Shown here piece by piece: positions 35,001 through 43,946 of a stretch of DNA of 64,000 nt (its first letter is position 1; every line of letters begins with the position of its first letter). The notes beneath the pieces are model-generated. The model was not told where the DNA came from, did not search any database, and was given only the letters and a program-made list of their open reading frames with translations. The translations under genes were made by a program, and so were the position numbers. This DNA is from Methanobacteriota archaeon (GTDB lineage Archaea > Thermoplasmatota > Poseidoniia > Poseidoniales > Poseidoniaceae): the NCBI GenBank assembly GCA_004195515.1, contig PSPR01000009.1, positions 13,170 to 77,169 on the forward strand, read 5' to 3'.

Positions 35001-36220
35001 CAAGGACCTACCCAATTGGAATTGGTTTCAGCAGGTTGTATTCGACAGAAATCAGTACTTCCACATGCAGGGGTCATAACCAGATTGGAAAGTCCGTAGA
35101 TTCCTTGATCGCTATCAAGGGTGGCAGCAATCGTAAAATTTGCATATATGTCAATGAAATCGGTCCCGATTATTCCAGGTGTTGCTCCTACTGGATTCCT
35201 GGCAAGGTTTTCAATGCCTCGATAACCAGTAGCTGTATCCTGTACCAGGTTTTGAATCGCCGGCCCACCACCGAGATGGTCGGATAGATAGAGTAAGAAG
35301 ATGAATCCTCCACCGTAATCTGCGATGCGTTGATTCCACCAGCGAACTGAAAGCTCTGAGCCCTGAGTCCAAGCATTGACATGTCCATAGAGAGTAGAAG
35401 AGCCACCGAAACATAGGAAAGCAGCCATATCTGCTGCACCTTCATCGATCCAAATGTTTTCGTACGGATCTAATGCATTATGCAATAAATGTTGTAATTC
35501 GTGAGCTAGAATTACTTTTGACCATGCTAATGGTGCATCATCGATATCGATGAACACAACTTCTCGTGAAGCTGACATTCCAGGGGAAAAATAACCACCG
35601 GTATTGTAAGCCCCGTCAATCGCGTAAATCACAACTTCAATTTGGCAATTGTCATCGACATCTGGTGCTGAAATCCCTCTGCCATCAAAGTAATCCTTTC
35701 CAAAATATGTCATCAGAGTTGGATAAACGGTTGAATCCCAAGTGCTCGCCCAATTATTGAGGACTGTCGACGATAATGAACGGCCATCTTGAACCATGAA
35801 TGCTGCGGTTGTAGTTGTTTTTTCAACGGTGACATCGATGCTACCTCCTGATGTTGAAATTGCCATGCTATCTCCTTCTTGATGAGGAGTACATGCTCTT
35901 CCGCTGGTCGCAGATGTTGGATTGGTTGCAATCTCCACGCCCGGCATCCCCGCATCGACCCATGCTTGTTTCATCATTCGAGTTGCACTATACACTTCTT
36001 GTTCGGCACCGGGAATGAGGTAAGGTTTCGCATTTTCAGGTGTAAAATCGCTCAAATCTGCGAATACTGGCACGAATACATCTTTTGTTTCGGACTCGCT
36101 CAGTCCATCGTCTGCAGCAACAAATGGCGATAGACTAGATAGAAGAAGAACCACTAGAATAGAATAGGCCTTGCTGGAGCGCGGTTCGTACATCTGTGTC
36201 ACCTGTTGGCTTCGCATCAC
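32012..36220 (-). CDS. Large surface metallopeptidase with multiple PKD domains
   Basis: Signal peptide; AHELQHLLH..WIDEG gluzincin motif; repeated YSWDFDDG/WDWGD/WTFSDG/WDFGD PKD motifs; C-terminal TM and RRRR tail. Confidence 0.9.
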   Translation of the reverse strand: MMRSQQVTQMYEPRSSKAYSILVVLLLSSLSPFVAADDGLSESETKDVFVPVFADLSDFTPENAKPYLIPGAEQEVYSATRMMKQAWVDAGMPGVEIATNPTSATSGRACTPHQEGDSMAISTSGGSIDVTVEKTTTTAAFMVQDGRSLSSTVLNNWASTWDSTVYPTLMTYFGKDYFDGRGISAPDVDDNCQIEVVIYAIDGAYNTGGYFSPGMSASREVVFIDIDDAPLAWSKVILAHELQHLLHNALDPYENIWIDEGAADMAAFLCFGGSSTLYGHVNAWTQGSELSVRWWNQRIADYGGGFIFLLYLSDHLGGGPAIQNLVQDTATGYRGIENLARNPVGATPGIIGTDFIDIYANFTIAATLDSDQGIYGLSNLVMTPACGSTDFCRIQPAETNSNWVGPWSSTGNGIEGWGVRVFKFTPGSASPAPLTMRFTGDVPGMDGVVISRASADGIYSRTDINFNGAVGTALVPGFGNATDEIWAITWYASNQGDCDYTSCGSSYPQGTIDVEAARITSPATLSVNSSQTSDRDGDLDVDTVMVDFNVLSNAFFEDLDVTIEARNSSGVTVDSLTTRVAAGSGVDVNTEFWFTASKSEIHSFALTMRDMLGDVIDTSQTGAIYLDNMRPVSNGSVDPPVAQTWENLQYVGNGFDAWGISLSNNTLPYLDAPVAYSWDFDDGNTSSLKSPVRLYRAPGEYNVTLRVLDQGGSWSSMHNTTVNITDITPPTPIISVNGVVIGSDLSILTGQRILFSAARTTDNVPLSFLNFDWDWGDTTSEGGVGNAQAHHLWPDGVVANTTYTLTLTVNDGVNNGTKLIQIHVNNRVPEQIFNDLIVTDTFTPVMLPDVFEDPDGEIISWNWQFYDGINLEGGSIDRSNLFIDISSSDQNPMVAWNAAGLKYVNLTVVDDDGSATTAQLTIQVLNQLPIAQFVVRDSATVGSPEIDFRVSDGEVDVPYTFDGRNSFDPDGTIGDSSALEFNWTFSDGSTSQNALVTHNFSTPGEHYATLFVTDEDGDFSEQRILTIRIQNPLPSIHVRILDAWLDGDLITSTTPMGVGVLPSGWSHTFDDIGNTVTTPGQMLFFDSAGTRDGDRRFEGRFVPLESNHSDWNGITDYSWDFGDASPISHGAMPWHSYERAGTYTVTLTVRDAYLTGDVSRESFTIIVNNAPVINEIILPDEIRVGLGASLKANISDVEFESSYIVWRDLDVNDGLHTDHDERVSSTLEVRWEFDIDIDDDSNGDSADDWQIPSGSDGIRLQATWAEVGLKTMRLEICDGMGVCVIQDVELNVLEQATEPASLSDFSVQDWKNWLVDASGESFVILALIAAVLLLGWGVMRSPSEVEEAAEQAAQTYDVDEVESFGGVLGMDHHAPPPVPSILSKDERRSDSSGYVRPLRRRR

Positions 36221-36281
36221 TGCGTTCCAAATGTCCGACTCGAAATGAGGTATTTAAGAGTGGGTGGGCGTGGCATCACCG

Positions 36282-37403
36282 ATGAGGGCGAGAGCGGTGT
36301 TTTTTGCGCTGGTCATTGCCATCTCCTTTTCATCGATCAACATCAAGGCGGAAACAACGACCGAAACGTTGGACTGTGAGCAACTATCTGAAACTGGATT
36401 CAATGGAAGTAGAGCGAATCAATCGGTCGAATTCCAAACATCCCTTGGTCCAAGATTACCCGGTTCGGCCGCAAGTTCAGAATTGCGAGAATCTATCAAA
36501 GAAAATTTGACCGGTTGGGAGATAATTGAAACAACTCACCATGTTGATGGTATGGTATTGACAAATTTATTCGCCACATGGAATAGTGGTGCTGGATCAA
36601 CAGTTTATTTCGCCGCCCATTACGATACGAGAGATCGTGCAGAAATGGATTCGAATGAATCGCTCCAAGATCAACCGATTTTAGGTGCAAATGACGGGGC
36701 GAGCGGAGTTGCGGTATTACTGGAATTAGCACGCCAGATACCTCAAATGAATCTAAGCCATGAAGTCACCCTCTTTTTCACAGATGGAGAAGACCAGGGA
36801 GAGTTACCTTCATTCCTCGGAGCGAAGGCTTGGTCGGAAAACTTGAGCCAAGAAGATGCCGACAAAATCGAGGCATTCATTTTAGTCGATATGGTCGGTG
36901 ATGAACACTTGACATTAGCCCCAACTTATCCGGGAGTAGAAAGTTTATGGAATCAAACCACGGCCTTGTTCGGTTGTGACCAAAATGTCTCCGTAGTAAA
37001 TTTTGCAAGCAATGACTCACAAATGGTATTGGACGACCATGTATGGGCTTTGAATAAAGGAATCCCAGCTATCGACATCATAGACATAAAATACGGCCCG
37101 AACGTTGAGAAATGGGAGGGTTATTGGCATACTCATAATGATACTGCTGACAAAGTGAGCGCCGATTCATTAGAAAAGGTTGGTAAAATGCTCGAAAGGG
37201 GATTGGTTGCAGGATCTTGGCTGAATCATAGAGAGGTTGAGCCTGAGGAAATCGAGGAACCAATCATTCCAGAAATCGAAGAGGTCGATGAGGTTGAAAA
37301 GGACAACCAAACCACAGTTGGAATCATCATTATGACTTGTTTAATATTTGTGTTTTCATATAATGCATGGCTATTTTACGCGGAGACCCGAGGGGAGGGG
37401 TGA
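36282..37403 (+). CDS. M28 family peptidase (glutaminyl cyclase-like), membrane anchored
   Basis: AHYDT, GANDGASG, DGED, DMVG, DDH, YWHT.ND; signal peptide and C-terminal TM. Confidence 0.92.
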   Translation: MRARAVFFALVIAISFSSINIKAETTTETLDCEQLSETGFNGSRANQSVEFQTSLGPRLPGSAASSELRESIKENLTGWEIIETTHHVDGMVLTNLFATWNSGAGSTVYFAAHYDTRDRAEMDSNESLQDQPILGANDGASGVAVLLELARQIPQMNLSHEVTLFFTDGEDQGELPSFLGAKAWSENLSQEDADKIEAFILVDMVGDEHLTLAPTYPGVESLWNQTTALFGCDQNVSVVNFASNDSQMVLDDHVWALNKGIPAIDIIDIKYGPNVEKWEGYWHTHNDTADKVSADSLEKVGKMLERGLVAGSWLNHREVEPEEIEEPIIPEIEEVDEVEKDNQTTVGIIIMTCLIFVFSYNAWLFYAETRGEG

Positions 37404-37446
37404 AATCCGCGCACGGCTTCGGCTTGGGTAACGGGAGGGGATTGAA

Positions 37447-38298
37447 CTGTCAGATGACCGCAAGGAAAGATTAGCAAAATTGCGAGATAGGGTTCGCAGT
37501 AAGTTGGTTGACTCTCGTGTTCAATCACAGCACCGTGAAATAAAAGCCGAGGATGAAATCGTCATTCAGGTTGAAAAAGCCGTTGTGCCTTCGATTGAAT
37601 TTGAACCAACGATTTTGAGTGATGGCGAGAGAAGGAGGAAAATTGCAGCCACTTTGGTTTTAATCGGCTCACTGATGGGTGTGATGTCAGGTGCTTTATT
37701 TTTACAAGGGAATCCTTCAAGCCTGCTAAATTCCTCACTTTTCAAAACATCCGAAGTTGTCGACACATTCGGCTTTGTACTCGATAACGAAGGCGAACCG
37801 ATGGTAAATGTCACTATTGAATTGATGGACCAAACCACTAATTCTGTCATTCAAACCACTTTCAGCGACGAAAATGGCCGGTTCCGATTCGAAGATGTTG
37901 CAGCCAAAAACTCAATCATAAAATTTTCAAAACCGGATTATACGACCATTGAATACCATTTTACCCCTGACCCTTCGCTGTCACCGATAACGATGCATCT
38001 AGGCGATGGTGTGCAAATAATCGATGAGTCGGAGGAGACCACTGGATGGTCGATGGAAGATGCGGTCGCATTGGCAACCGTTGAGGGGCTATTCACAATT
38101 GGATGTGCTCTTGTTGGCGTTCAAGCCTCGTTCGAGATTAGGCGTGCAAAAAAATACCGACGCACACAAGCTCTTTGTTGGATCGCTCTATTCAGTCGAG
38201 GCCTCATCATTCCAGGTCCTGCATTAATCCTTACTGGGATGTGTTTAATCATCTTTAATCGGCAGGATTTCGAGGATTGGAAATCTAAGGAGGACTGA
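37447..38298 (+). CDS. Membrane protein with carboxypeptidase-regulatory-like (transthyretin-like) domain
   Basis: TM, G.VLDNEGEPMVNVTI..T.SDENGRFRF motif, three C-terminal TMs; start uncertain (CTG 37447 or TTG 37480). Confidence 0.75.
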   Translation: MSDDRKERLAKLRDRVRSKLVDSRVQSQHREIKAEDEIVIQVEKAVVPSIEFEPTILSDGERRRKIAATLVLIGSLMGVMSGALFLQGNPSSLLNSSLFKTSEVVDTFGFVLDNEGEPMVNVTIELMDQTTNSVIQTTFSDENGRFRFEDVAAKNSIIKFSKPDYTTIEYHFTPDPSLSPITMHLGDGVQIIDESEETTGWSMEDAVALATVEGLFTIGCALVGVQASFEIRRAKKYRRTQALCWIALFSRGLIIPGPALILTGMCLIIFNRQDFEDWKSKED

Positions 38299-38302
38299 GC
38301 CG

Positions 38303-39655
38303 ATGTACCTCATTACCGTCGAGGGCGGGGATGGCTCAGGCAAAGGCGAAGCGGTACGGTTACTCGCTTCTATCGCCAAAAGATTTGCATTTCCAAATGT
38401 CCATTTGACCCACGAGCCTAGGCGTCATAGCGAATTGGGAAAATTGGCACTAAGGGCGGTATCGGTCGGTGATCGTACCCCTTTAGAAGAAGCCGGATTA
38501 TTCGCTGCTGACCGAATAGATCATTCTCATACCTGGATAAAACCAAGGCTTGCAAAAGGAGATTTGGTCATCTCAGACCGGAATATTCATTCATCTTTGA
38601 TCTATCAAGGTGTAGTTGGCAATCTTGGATTGGAACAGGTAGCACTAATGAATGGCGCTGCAATGATACCAGACTTGGTAATTTGGATAGATTGTGATCC
38701 TGCAAAAGCGATGAAGAGAATTCAGTCAGGAACTTTGAGGATGACGGATAATAAACACGAGTATTTTGAAACTACTGAGATTCAAACAAAAATTCGTGCC
38801 GGATTTAAATCGATTTTATCGGGTGAAATAGAAACACCGCCACCATTTGATCGTTGTACCGTTGTTGGACCGATACTCAACGAATCTGGCCTAGACGAAT
38901 TGGAAAGGAAATTATCGAAAGAACTACGCACTTTTTTCAATCGTCGACCTGACCCATTGAACGTAGATTTAGATCAAGTAGATCGGAATTTACTGGAATC
39001 GTTGACCGAAGGAGTTCAGATTCAACGTAGACTTCCTGGGGCGCCGGTGAAGCATCTCTCATTGTTAGAGGATTGGCTCGACGGAAAATCCCCACATCAA
39101 TGGATGGAAATCGCAGAATCAGAATGGAATGAAACAAGGGCAATAAAAGCAGATGTTCCCGCTCGCCCAATCGCTCATGCTACTTGGGCGGTTCTTGGTA
39201 CCCTTTCATTGACTGATACTACCGATGTCCCTTCTTTACATGGCCAACTCGGCCCGGTTAGGTCGGTAACAAAACGCCATACTCAACGAATTGTGAAATG
39301 GTTGGAACAAGAACGATGGATTCATCGCCAACAAAGCCACGTTCCATTTGCCGAAGCTCAGATGTTCAAATTACGAAAAAGCCGACTTGGGTACGGGAGG
39401 TTATGTTTAGCTATGTGGCCATTAAGGGCAGCCCTCGCTAGTTGGCGCCGAGCAAAACCACAAAGCGATTGGGCAAATGCACTCTCTGAGATTTTGAACG
39501 AATCTGAAGATAAACGTCCCCCTCCAGCGATTAGGCGCGCTACAAAAGCGGTGTTGGACCGTTTGGAATTAATTTCTAGTGGCCATGCTAATTGCCCAGT
39601 TCCTGAAAATGAAACTGAATTGATGATTTGGTGGGCGATGGAGCCGCCTCAATGA
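38303..39655 (+). CDS. tmk: Thymidylate kinase with long C-terminal extension
   Basis: ITVEGGDGSGK, THEP, LFAADR..H, SDR..SS..YQG, PDLVIWID. Confidence 0.88.
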   Translation: MYLITVEGGDGSGKGEAVRLLASIAKRFAFPNVHLTHEPRRHSELGKLALRAVSVGDRTPLEEAGLFAADRIDHSHTWIKPRLAKGDLVISDRNIHSSLIYQGVVGNLGLEQVALMNGAAMIPDLVIWIDCDPAKAMKRIQSGTLRMTDNKHEYFETTEIQTKIRAGFKSILSGEIETPPPFDRCTVVGPILNESGLDELERKLSKELRTFFNRRPDPLNVDLDQVDRNLLESLTEGVQIQRRLPGAPVKHLSLLEDWLDGKSPHQWMEIAESEWNETRAIKADVPARPIAHATWAVLGTLSLTDTTDVPSLHGQLGPVRSVTKRHTQRIVKWLEQERWIHRQQSHVPFAEAQMFKLRKSRLGYGRLCLAMWPLRAALASWRRAKPQSDWANALSEILNESEDKRPPPAIRRATKAVLDRLELISSGHANCPVPENETELMIWWAMEPPQ

Positions 39656-40441
39656 TCATTCTTCTTCTTGGGGTTTTGCGAGGGTAAATTTGCTGCCTGC
39701 GGGCAACAGCACAGCACCGGCGCCACTATCGAAGGATTTTGGCTTAGATGAAAAGGCAGCGCTCAAATACAAACCTAAGAAAAGGCCAAATGGGGTTCCG
39801 GTCAAGAGCCTCATCGTAGCGGTCGATTCGTAGGAGGTTAGCATTTGCCCAAAACCATCGAAAGCCATCGGGGCGACCAAGATTACAGCGACTAGCATCA
39901 CTGCTTTGAGTCGGAGGTTTTTTCGATATACCATTTCGAGCCGATCGTCTGGGAATATCGAAAGAAATGAATCCCTGATCGTCCATCTATTCAATCCTCT
40001 ACGAGAAAATAAGAATCCACCGATTGCCAATCCGAGGAAAATCCCTATATCTCGAACACAAACCGGCATTTGATTACCATTAATCTCCCAAGATCTATCG
40101 GCTTTATTATGACAATTCAAATCTCCAAATCCATAGATAAATGCTGCGAAAGGATCCAATTCGGTCCAAGCGAATTTTCCTTCTGCAGTTTGATTATGAC
40201 CAACTCCATTCGATTCACTAGTCTGCAGATTCCCCCAAGAATCTTCATATCCATAATCGAACATATTTGCTCGACCGGAAAGATCGGGGACCGAATCGGT
40301 TGGTAGATATGCCGGCACCAAAAAAAAGCTGATTAGAAAGAAGGTGCTTATTCCACCTACCCAATTTCCAACCTTGAATTCTCGCTTTCGGCCTTCCAAG
40401 CCATTGCGTTCCATTATCCGGCCTATGTGGAAGTAGGGCAT
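39656..40441 (-). CDS. DUF2085 family membrane protein
   Basis: CH..DRS....GNQMPVCVRDIGI, PMAFDG..Q...YES...RLLTG. Confidence 0.85.
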   Translation of the reverse strand: MPYFHIGRIMERNGLEGRKREFKVGNWVGGISTFFLISFFLVPAYLPTDSVPDLSGRANMFDYGYEDSWGNLQTSESNGVGHNQTAEGKFAWTELDPFAAFIYGFGDLNCHNKADRSWEINGNQMPVCVRDIGIFLGLAIGGFLFSRRGLNRWTIRDSFLSIFPDDRLEMVYRKNLRLKAVMLVAVILVAPMAFDGFGQMLTSYESTATMRLLTGTPFGLFLGLYLSAAFSSKPKSFDSGAGAVLLPAGSKFTLAKPQEEE

Positions 40442-40473
40442 ATGTTTTTGCTTGAAACGGCTCAGGTTGGCTC

Positions 40474-41166
40474 ATGGAGGAAAAGGTCGGGTTCAGACGC
40501 GGCCTCTCGGCTGCAATAGTCCTCGGCCTTTACGCAGGATTTATGCTCGCAGTTGGCGTAGCTCAATTCAAAATTGAGGAAAATGCCTTAAAGAGTGGAT
40601 TTACCATTTGGATAATCACGATAATCGTGAGCGCAGTCTTATTGACACCAATTCTCTCGAGAGGTCGAAGACGAGGCCGCCCCGATACCGAAGAAGATGT
40701 TATCGAGGTTAGAGAACAATTACGTGAATTGAACGAAGGCGTAGGTGGATGGCGAACTCTATCGCACGTTAGGGGCGAAGGCATGGGGGTTTCTGTCTCA
40801 TTATCTGATGCTTCAAATCCACTATTGATCATTGAAAGTGCCTTGCAATTAGGTGACCGAATACGATTGATTTTTAGATTTTCAAAAACAGAAACCGATT
40901 TGAGAGACAGAGTATTACCCTTATTGGAGCAAATGGTCAACCGGTCTCGTATTCAGAGGAGAACAAAATCCTTAACGGTCATGCCTGATATCAAATTTGA
41001 TCGAGGAGTCATCATCACCCGCGCGATGATGCTATGCCCGCCCTTGATGGTCGGGGGTGCTCTTGGCTTCTCATCGGTCGCACCTGGTGAAACTGCTTTA
41101 GCGATTGCAGGTGGGGTTGCCGGAGCGATGTTGGGATTCTTGATAATTACGAATAAGGGTACCTGA
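40474..41166 (+). CDS. Hypothetical four-TM membrane protein with central soluble domain
   Basis: Two N-terminal and two C-terminal hydrophobic helices flanking a ~115 aa soluble region. Confidence 0.75.
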   Translation: MEEKVGFRRGLSAAIVLGLYAGFMLAVGVAQFKIEENALKSGFTIWIITIIVSAVLLTPILSRGRRRGRPDTEEDVIEVREQLRELNEGVGGWRTLSHVRGEGMGVSVSLSDASNPLLIIESALQLGDRIRLIFRFSKTETDLRDRVLPLLEQMVNRSRIQRRTKSLTVMPDIKFDRGVIITRAMMLCPPLMVGGALGFSSVAPGETALAIAGGVAGAMLGFLIITNKGT

Positions 41167-41212
41167 GGATTCCTGAGGAAGACTCAAGAGGGTCTAACCC
41201 CTGTTGATAGAC

Positions 41213-42019
41213 ATGCGCGAGATTACATTCTTCTGGCGCAGGAACCGATTGGCGGAAACCGATATTGCGCCAATGCTAGATATTGTCCAAAGCGCTGAAT
41301 TTTTATCATATCTCAAAAGAACGCCTAGAGATGTTCATATCCTGATGAAAACAGTTTTTCAACCGGGTAAAAAACCAGAGGATCTAAACGAATTGTACTT
41401 CTTAAATTTGATCGAAATCCATCAAGTTCCTGAATTGGAAAACGGTGTTTATCTATTGAATGTCAAATTATCTCATCCATTAGCAAATTTTAATGCTAGA
41501 ACAGGAGGGACTTCTACAATGCCTTCGAGTAAATTATCAGGTGATGGTTTGACATATATTTTGCAAGGCTCAAACCTTCGATTACGATTGGTTGCGGCTA
41601 TGGCAAGGCTGATTTCGAAGCCTGATCGGATCTCAGCGCGCCGGGTAAATGTGGCTAAATCCGATGAGAATGGCCCACTTTCCAATAAGCAATTGAAATT
41701 AGCAAAATTTGCTTATGACTGCGGATGGTATAATCCGAAAAAGCAAGTTACCCTTTCCGATATGGCGGAAGAACTCGGGATGGCAAGGGCGACCATGTCT
41801 GAGCATCTTTCTCGAATTGAGTGTATTTTGATGGATGATTTCCTTGGCTCATTCTCAAATGTCAAATTTAGCAATGAAGAGATTGCAACAATTACAGGAA
41901 TGGTTGAAAGCGATGCTGAAGAACTGGGAGTCTCGGACGATGGAAATTTCAAAGTGCTGCTGAATAATATTAGATCTTCATATACTAAAAATGAGAACGG
42001 AGGAAAGTTGGTTGAGTGA
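41213..42019 (+). CDS. Bat-like (HTH_10) transcriptional regulator
   Basis: LSNKQ..LAKFAYDCGWY.PKKQVTLSDMAEELGMARATMSEHL.RIE. Confidence 0.88.
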   Translation: MREITFFWRRNRLAETDIAPMLDIVQSAEFLSYLKRTPRDVHILMKTVFQPGKKPEDLNELYFLNLIEIHQVPELENGVYLLNVKLSHPLANFNARTGGTSTMPSSKLSGDGLTYILQGSNLRLRLVAAMARLISKPDRISARRVNVAKSDENGPLSNKQLKLAKFAYDCGWYNPKKQVTLSDMAEELGMARATMSEHLSRIECILMDDFLGSFSNVKFSNEEIATITGMVESDAEELGVSDDGNFKVLLNNIRSSYTKNENGGKLVE

Positions 42020-42971
42020 AATTATCGAATTGATTACTCGCCTACGAAAAGCTGGCATTCATGTCACAGAAAAATTAGAGCAGGCGATGGAATTAGTAGA
42101 TATTTCGGATTTTTCACAGTTTGATTGTGAAGCATTCTATCACGATCGACCAATCGTATTTTTAGAAACGCCGACCGGTGGAGTAAAAACCATTTCAGCA
42201 CCTCATATGATTGCAACATTAATCCATTATTTAGAATTGGCTCTGGGCCAAGAAGTGGTGATTTATGGAGCAAAAGGCGGCTATATTTGTGCATTGATCG
42301 CCCATATTATTGGAGTAGATGGCAAAGTAACAGTTTTGGACCCATCGAAAGAAGTCTTAGATCACTTAAACAGTACATTGATCGGTTACCCAACCATCTC
42401 ATGCCACCAGCTTGAAGAAGATCGAATAGAACTGAAGAATTTAAACAGAGTTCTAGTAACTGGACAGATCGAAAAATTGCCAGATTGGATCACCGATGGC
42501 TTGGTTGAAGGTGGATTTGTAATAGCTCCAATCGGAGATAGCAATTCTCAAAACCTTCTAAAATTAGAGAAGCAGGCTGAAGAATTACTCGAAACAAATC
42601 TTGGCCCTGTGCTTTTCGGTCCAGTAAATATCGAAGATTCGATTATTGCCACCCCCTCTCCTGAAGAGATGGCTGAATTGGTCGAACAAGTAGTTGAATT
42701 GATGGGTGATATGGATTTGATTAAAAGTGAGGATCGAATAAGGCTATATGATCTCGTGGCTAAATTAAGGCAATTGCCTGATGATTTACCCCCTCCCGAA
42801 GAGATGGATGATCCTAGTGAACACCCGATGATGAAATTGATGATGGACGAAGGGACATGGTTCATGAGATTCTGGCCAGTCGTACAATTGATGGTTAAAT
42901 CTCGACTCCAATCCCCTGGAGCACCAGACCATGATGATTTCGATTCAGCGCATTCAGATTTCATTCCTTAA
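42012..42971 (+). CDS. Protein-L-isoaspartate O-methyltransferase-like protein (degenerate SAM motif)
   Basis: TISAPHMIA, GGY..ALIAHIIG..GKV, L..GG..IAPIG; motif I reads VIYGAKGGY. Confidence 0.75.
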   Translation: MSEIIELITRLRKAGIHVTEKLEQAMELVDISDFSQFDCEAFYHDRPIVFLETPTGGVKTISAPHMIATLIHYLELALGQEVVIYGAKGGYICALIAHIIGVDGKVTVLDPSKEVLDHLNSTLIGYPTISCHQLEEDRIELKNLNRVLVTGQIEKLPDWITDGLVEGGFVIAPIGDSNSQNLLKLEKQAEELLETNLGPVLFGPVNIEDSIIATPSPEEMAELVEQVVELMGDMDLIKSEDRIRLYDLVAKLRQLPDDLPPPEEMDDPSEHPMMKLMMDEGTWFMRFWPVVQLMVKSRLQSPGAPDHDDFDSAHSDFIP

Positions 42972-42983
42972 GGAGAAGAAAAT

Positions 42984-43946
42984 ATGGCTGGGATACAAAC
43001 CGAAATCTCTCGATTAAAGCACAAGGATATCAGGATTCGCCGACGTGCGGTTCGACATCTATTCGATGCCGATGTTCCGAGTGCATTACCTGGATTCACC
43101 GCGTTGTTAAAAGATGATGACCCATGGTTTCAATCAAAGGCAATAGAAGCCTATAGAAAATGGGCTAGCACTAGAAAAGACCTTCAGATTTTAATTGATA
43201 ATGACAATGAAAAACTGGCATCACAATTGCTCTCTAGAGTGGAAGATCAACCAATCGCACAAGCATTATTTTCTCATGAAGACCACTCCATTAGATGCTC
43301 GGCAGCCAAAGCACTTTCAAATGATGATGAGTTTCATAATGAAATGTTAATAGATAAACATCATTCTGTGAGAGCGGTCGTAGCTGAGTGTTCAAGCGAT
43401 ACTGAATTGATTAAAACATTGATGTTAGACCAACACTCGACCGTTCGGAGAGAGGCGATTGCAAACGCCGCCCGAAGAGGCTTGAAAATCGATGAAGAGA
43501 CCTTAATTGTGGCCTTGAAATCCTCTGACCCTTCATTGCGGGCCTTGGTGGCTGCAATGACTGTGAAAACTGGCGGAGATGCGCTTAAAACCGCTTGTAG
43601 AGATGATAACCCAAAGGTGATTCGAGCGATTAGTGATTCGCTTAAAATCGAAGTAAATTCGATCGATGAGAGAATTGAAATGCTTACTTTGCAGTGTCCA
43701 AGTATAATTCTACGATGGCTTAGATCTCGGCACGAACCCGCTGCTAATTCATTACGATGGCAAATGATTGAGGACCAGTCCATCGATTCTAGAACTCGCT
43801 CAAAATTGATCGAGCAAATGGAAGGCCGAACCGAAATCGATTCACAAAGATTGGAAATTATCAAAGAAGATGATTCGATTTTGGTAAAGATGGCTGCCGA
43901 GAATTTATCAGCCGCCGTGTCTGAGTTGAAAAATGAGGACCCATGA
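42984..43946 (+). CDS. HEAT-repeat protein
   Basis: Repeated L.D.D..VR..A units throughout. Confidence 0.85.
   Translation: MAGIQTEISRLKHKDIRIRRRAVRHLFDADVPSALPGFTALLKDDDPWFQSKAIEAYRKWASTRKDLQILIDNDNEKLASQLLSRVEDQPIAQALFSHEDHSIRCSAAKALSNDDEFHNEMLIDKHHSVRAVVAECSSDTELIKTLMLDQHSTVRREAIANAARRGLKIDEETLIVALKSSDPSLRALVAAMTVKTGGDALKTACRDDNPKVIRAISDSLKIEVNSIDERIEMLTLQCPSIILRWLRSRHEPAANSLRWQMIEDQSIDSRTRSKLIEQMEGRTEIDSQRLEIIKEDDSILVKMAAENLSAAVSELKNEDP

Noticed and set aside
37385-37440. GC-rich stretch as possible tRNA or ncRNA
   Set aside because: No cloverleaf or T-loop; explained by the M28 gene end, promoter spacer and SD
41162-41181. CCTGAGGA direct repeat before the Bat-like regulator
   Set aside because: Only 8 bp twice and overlaps the upstream stop codon; could be chance
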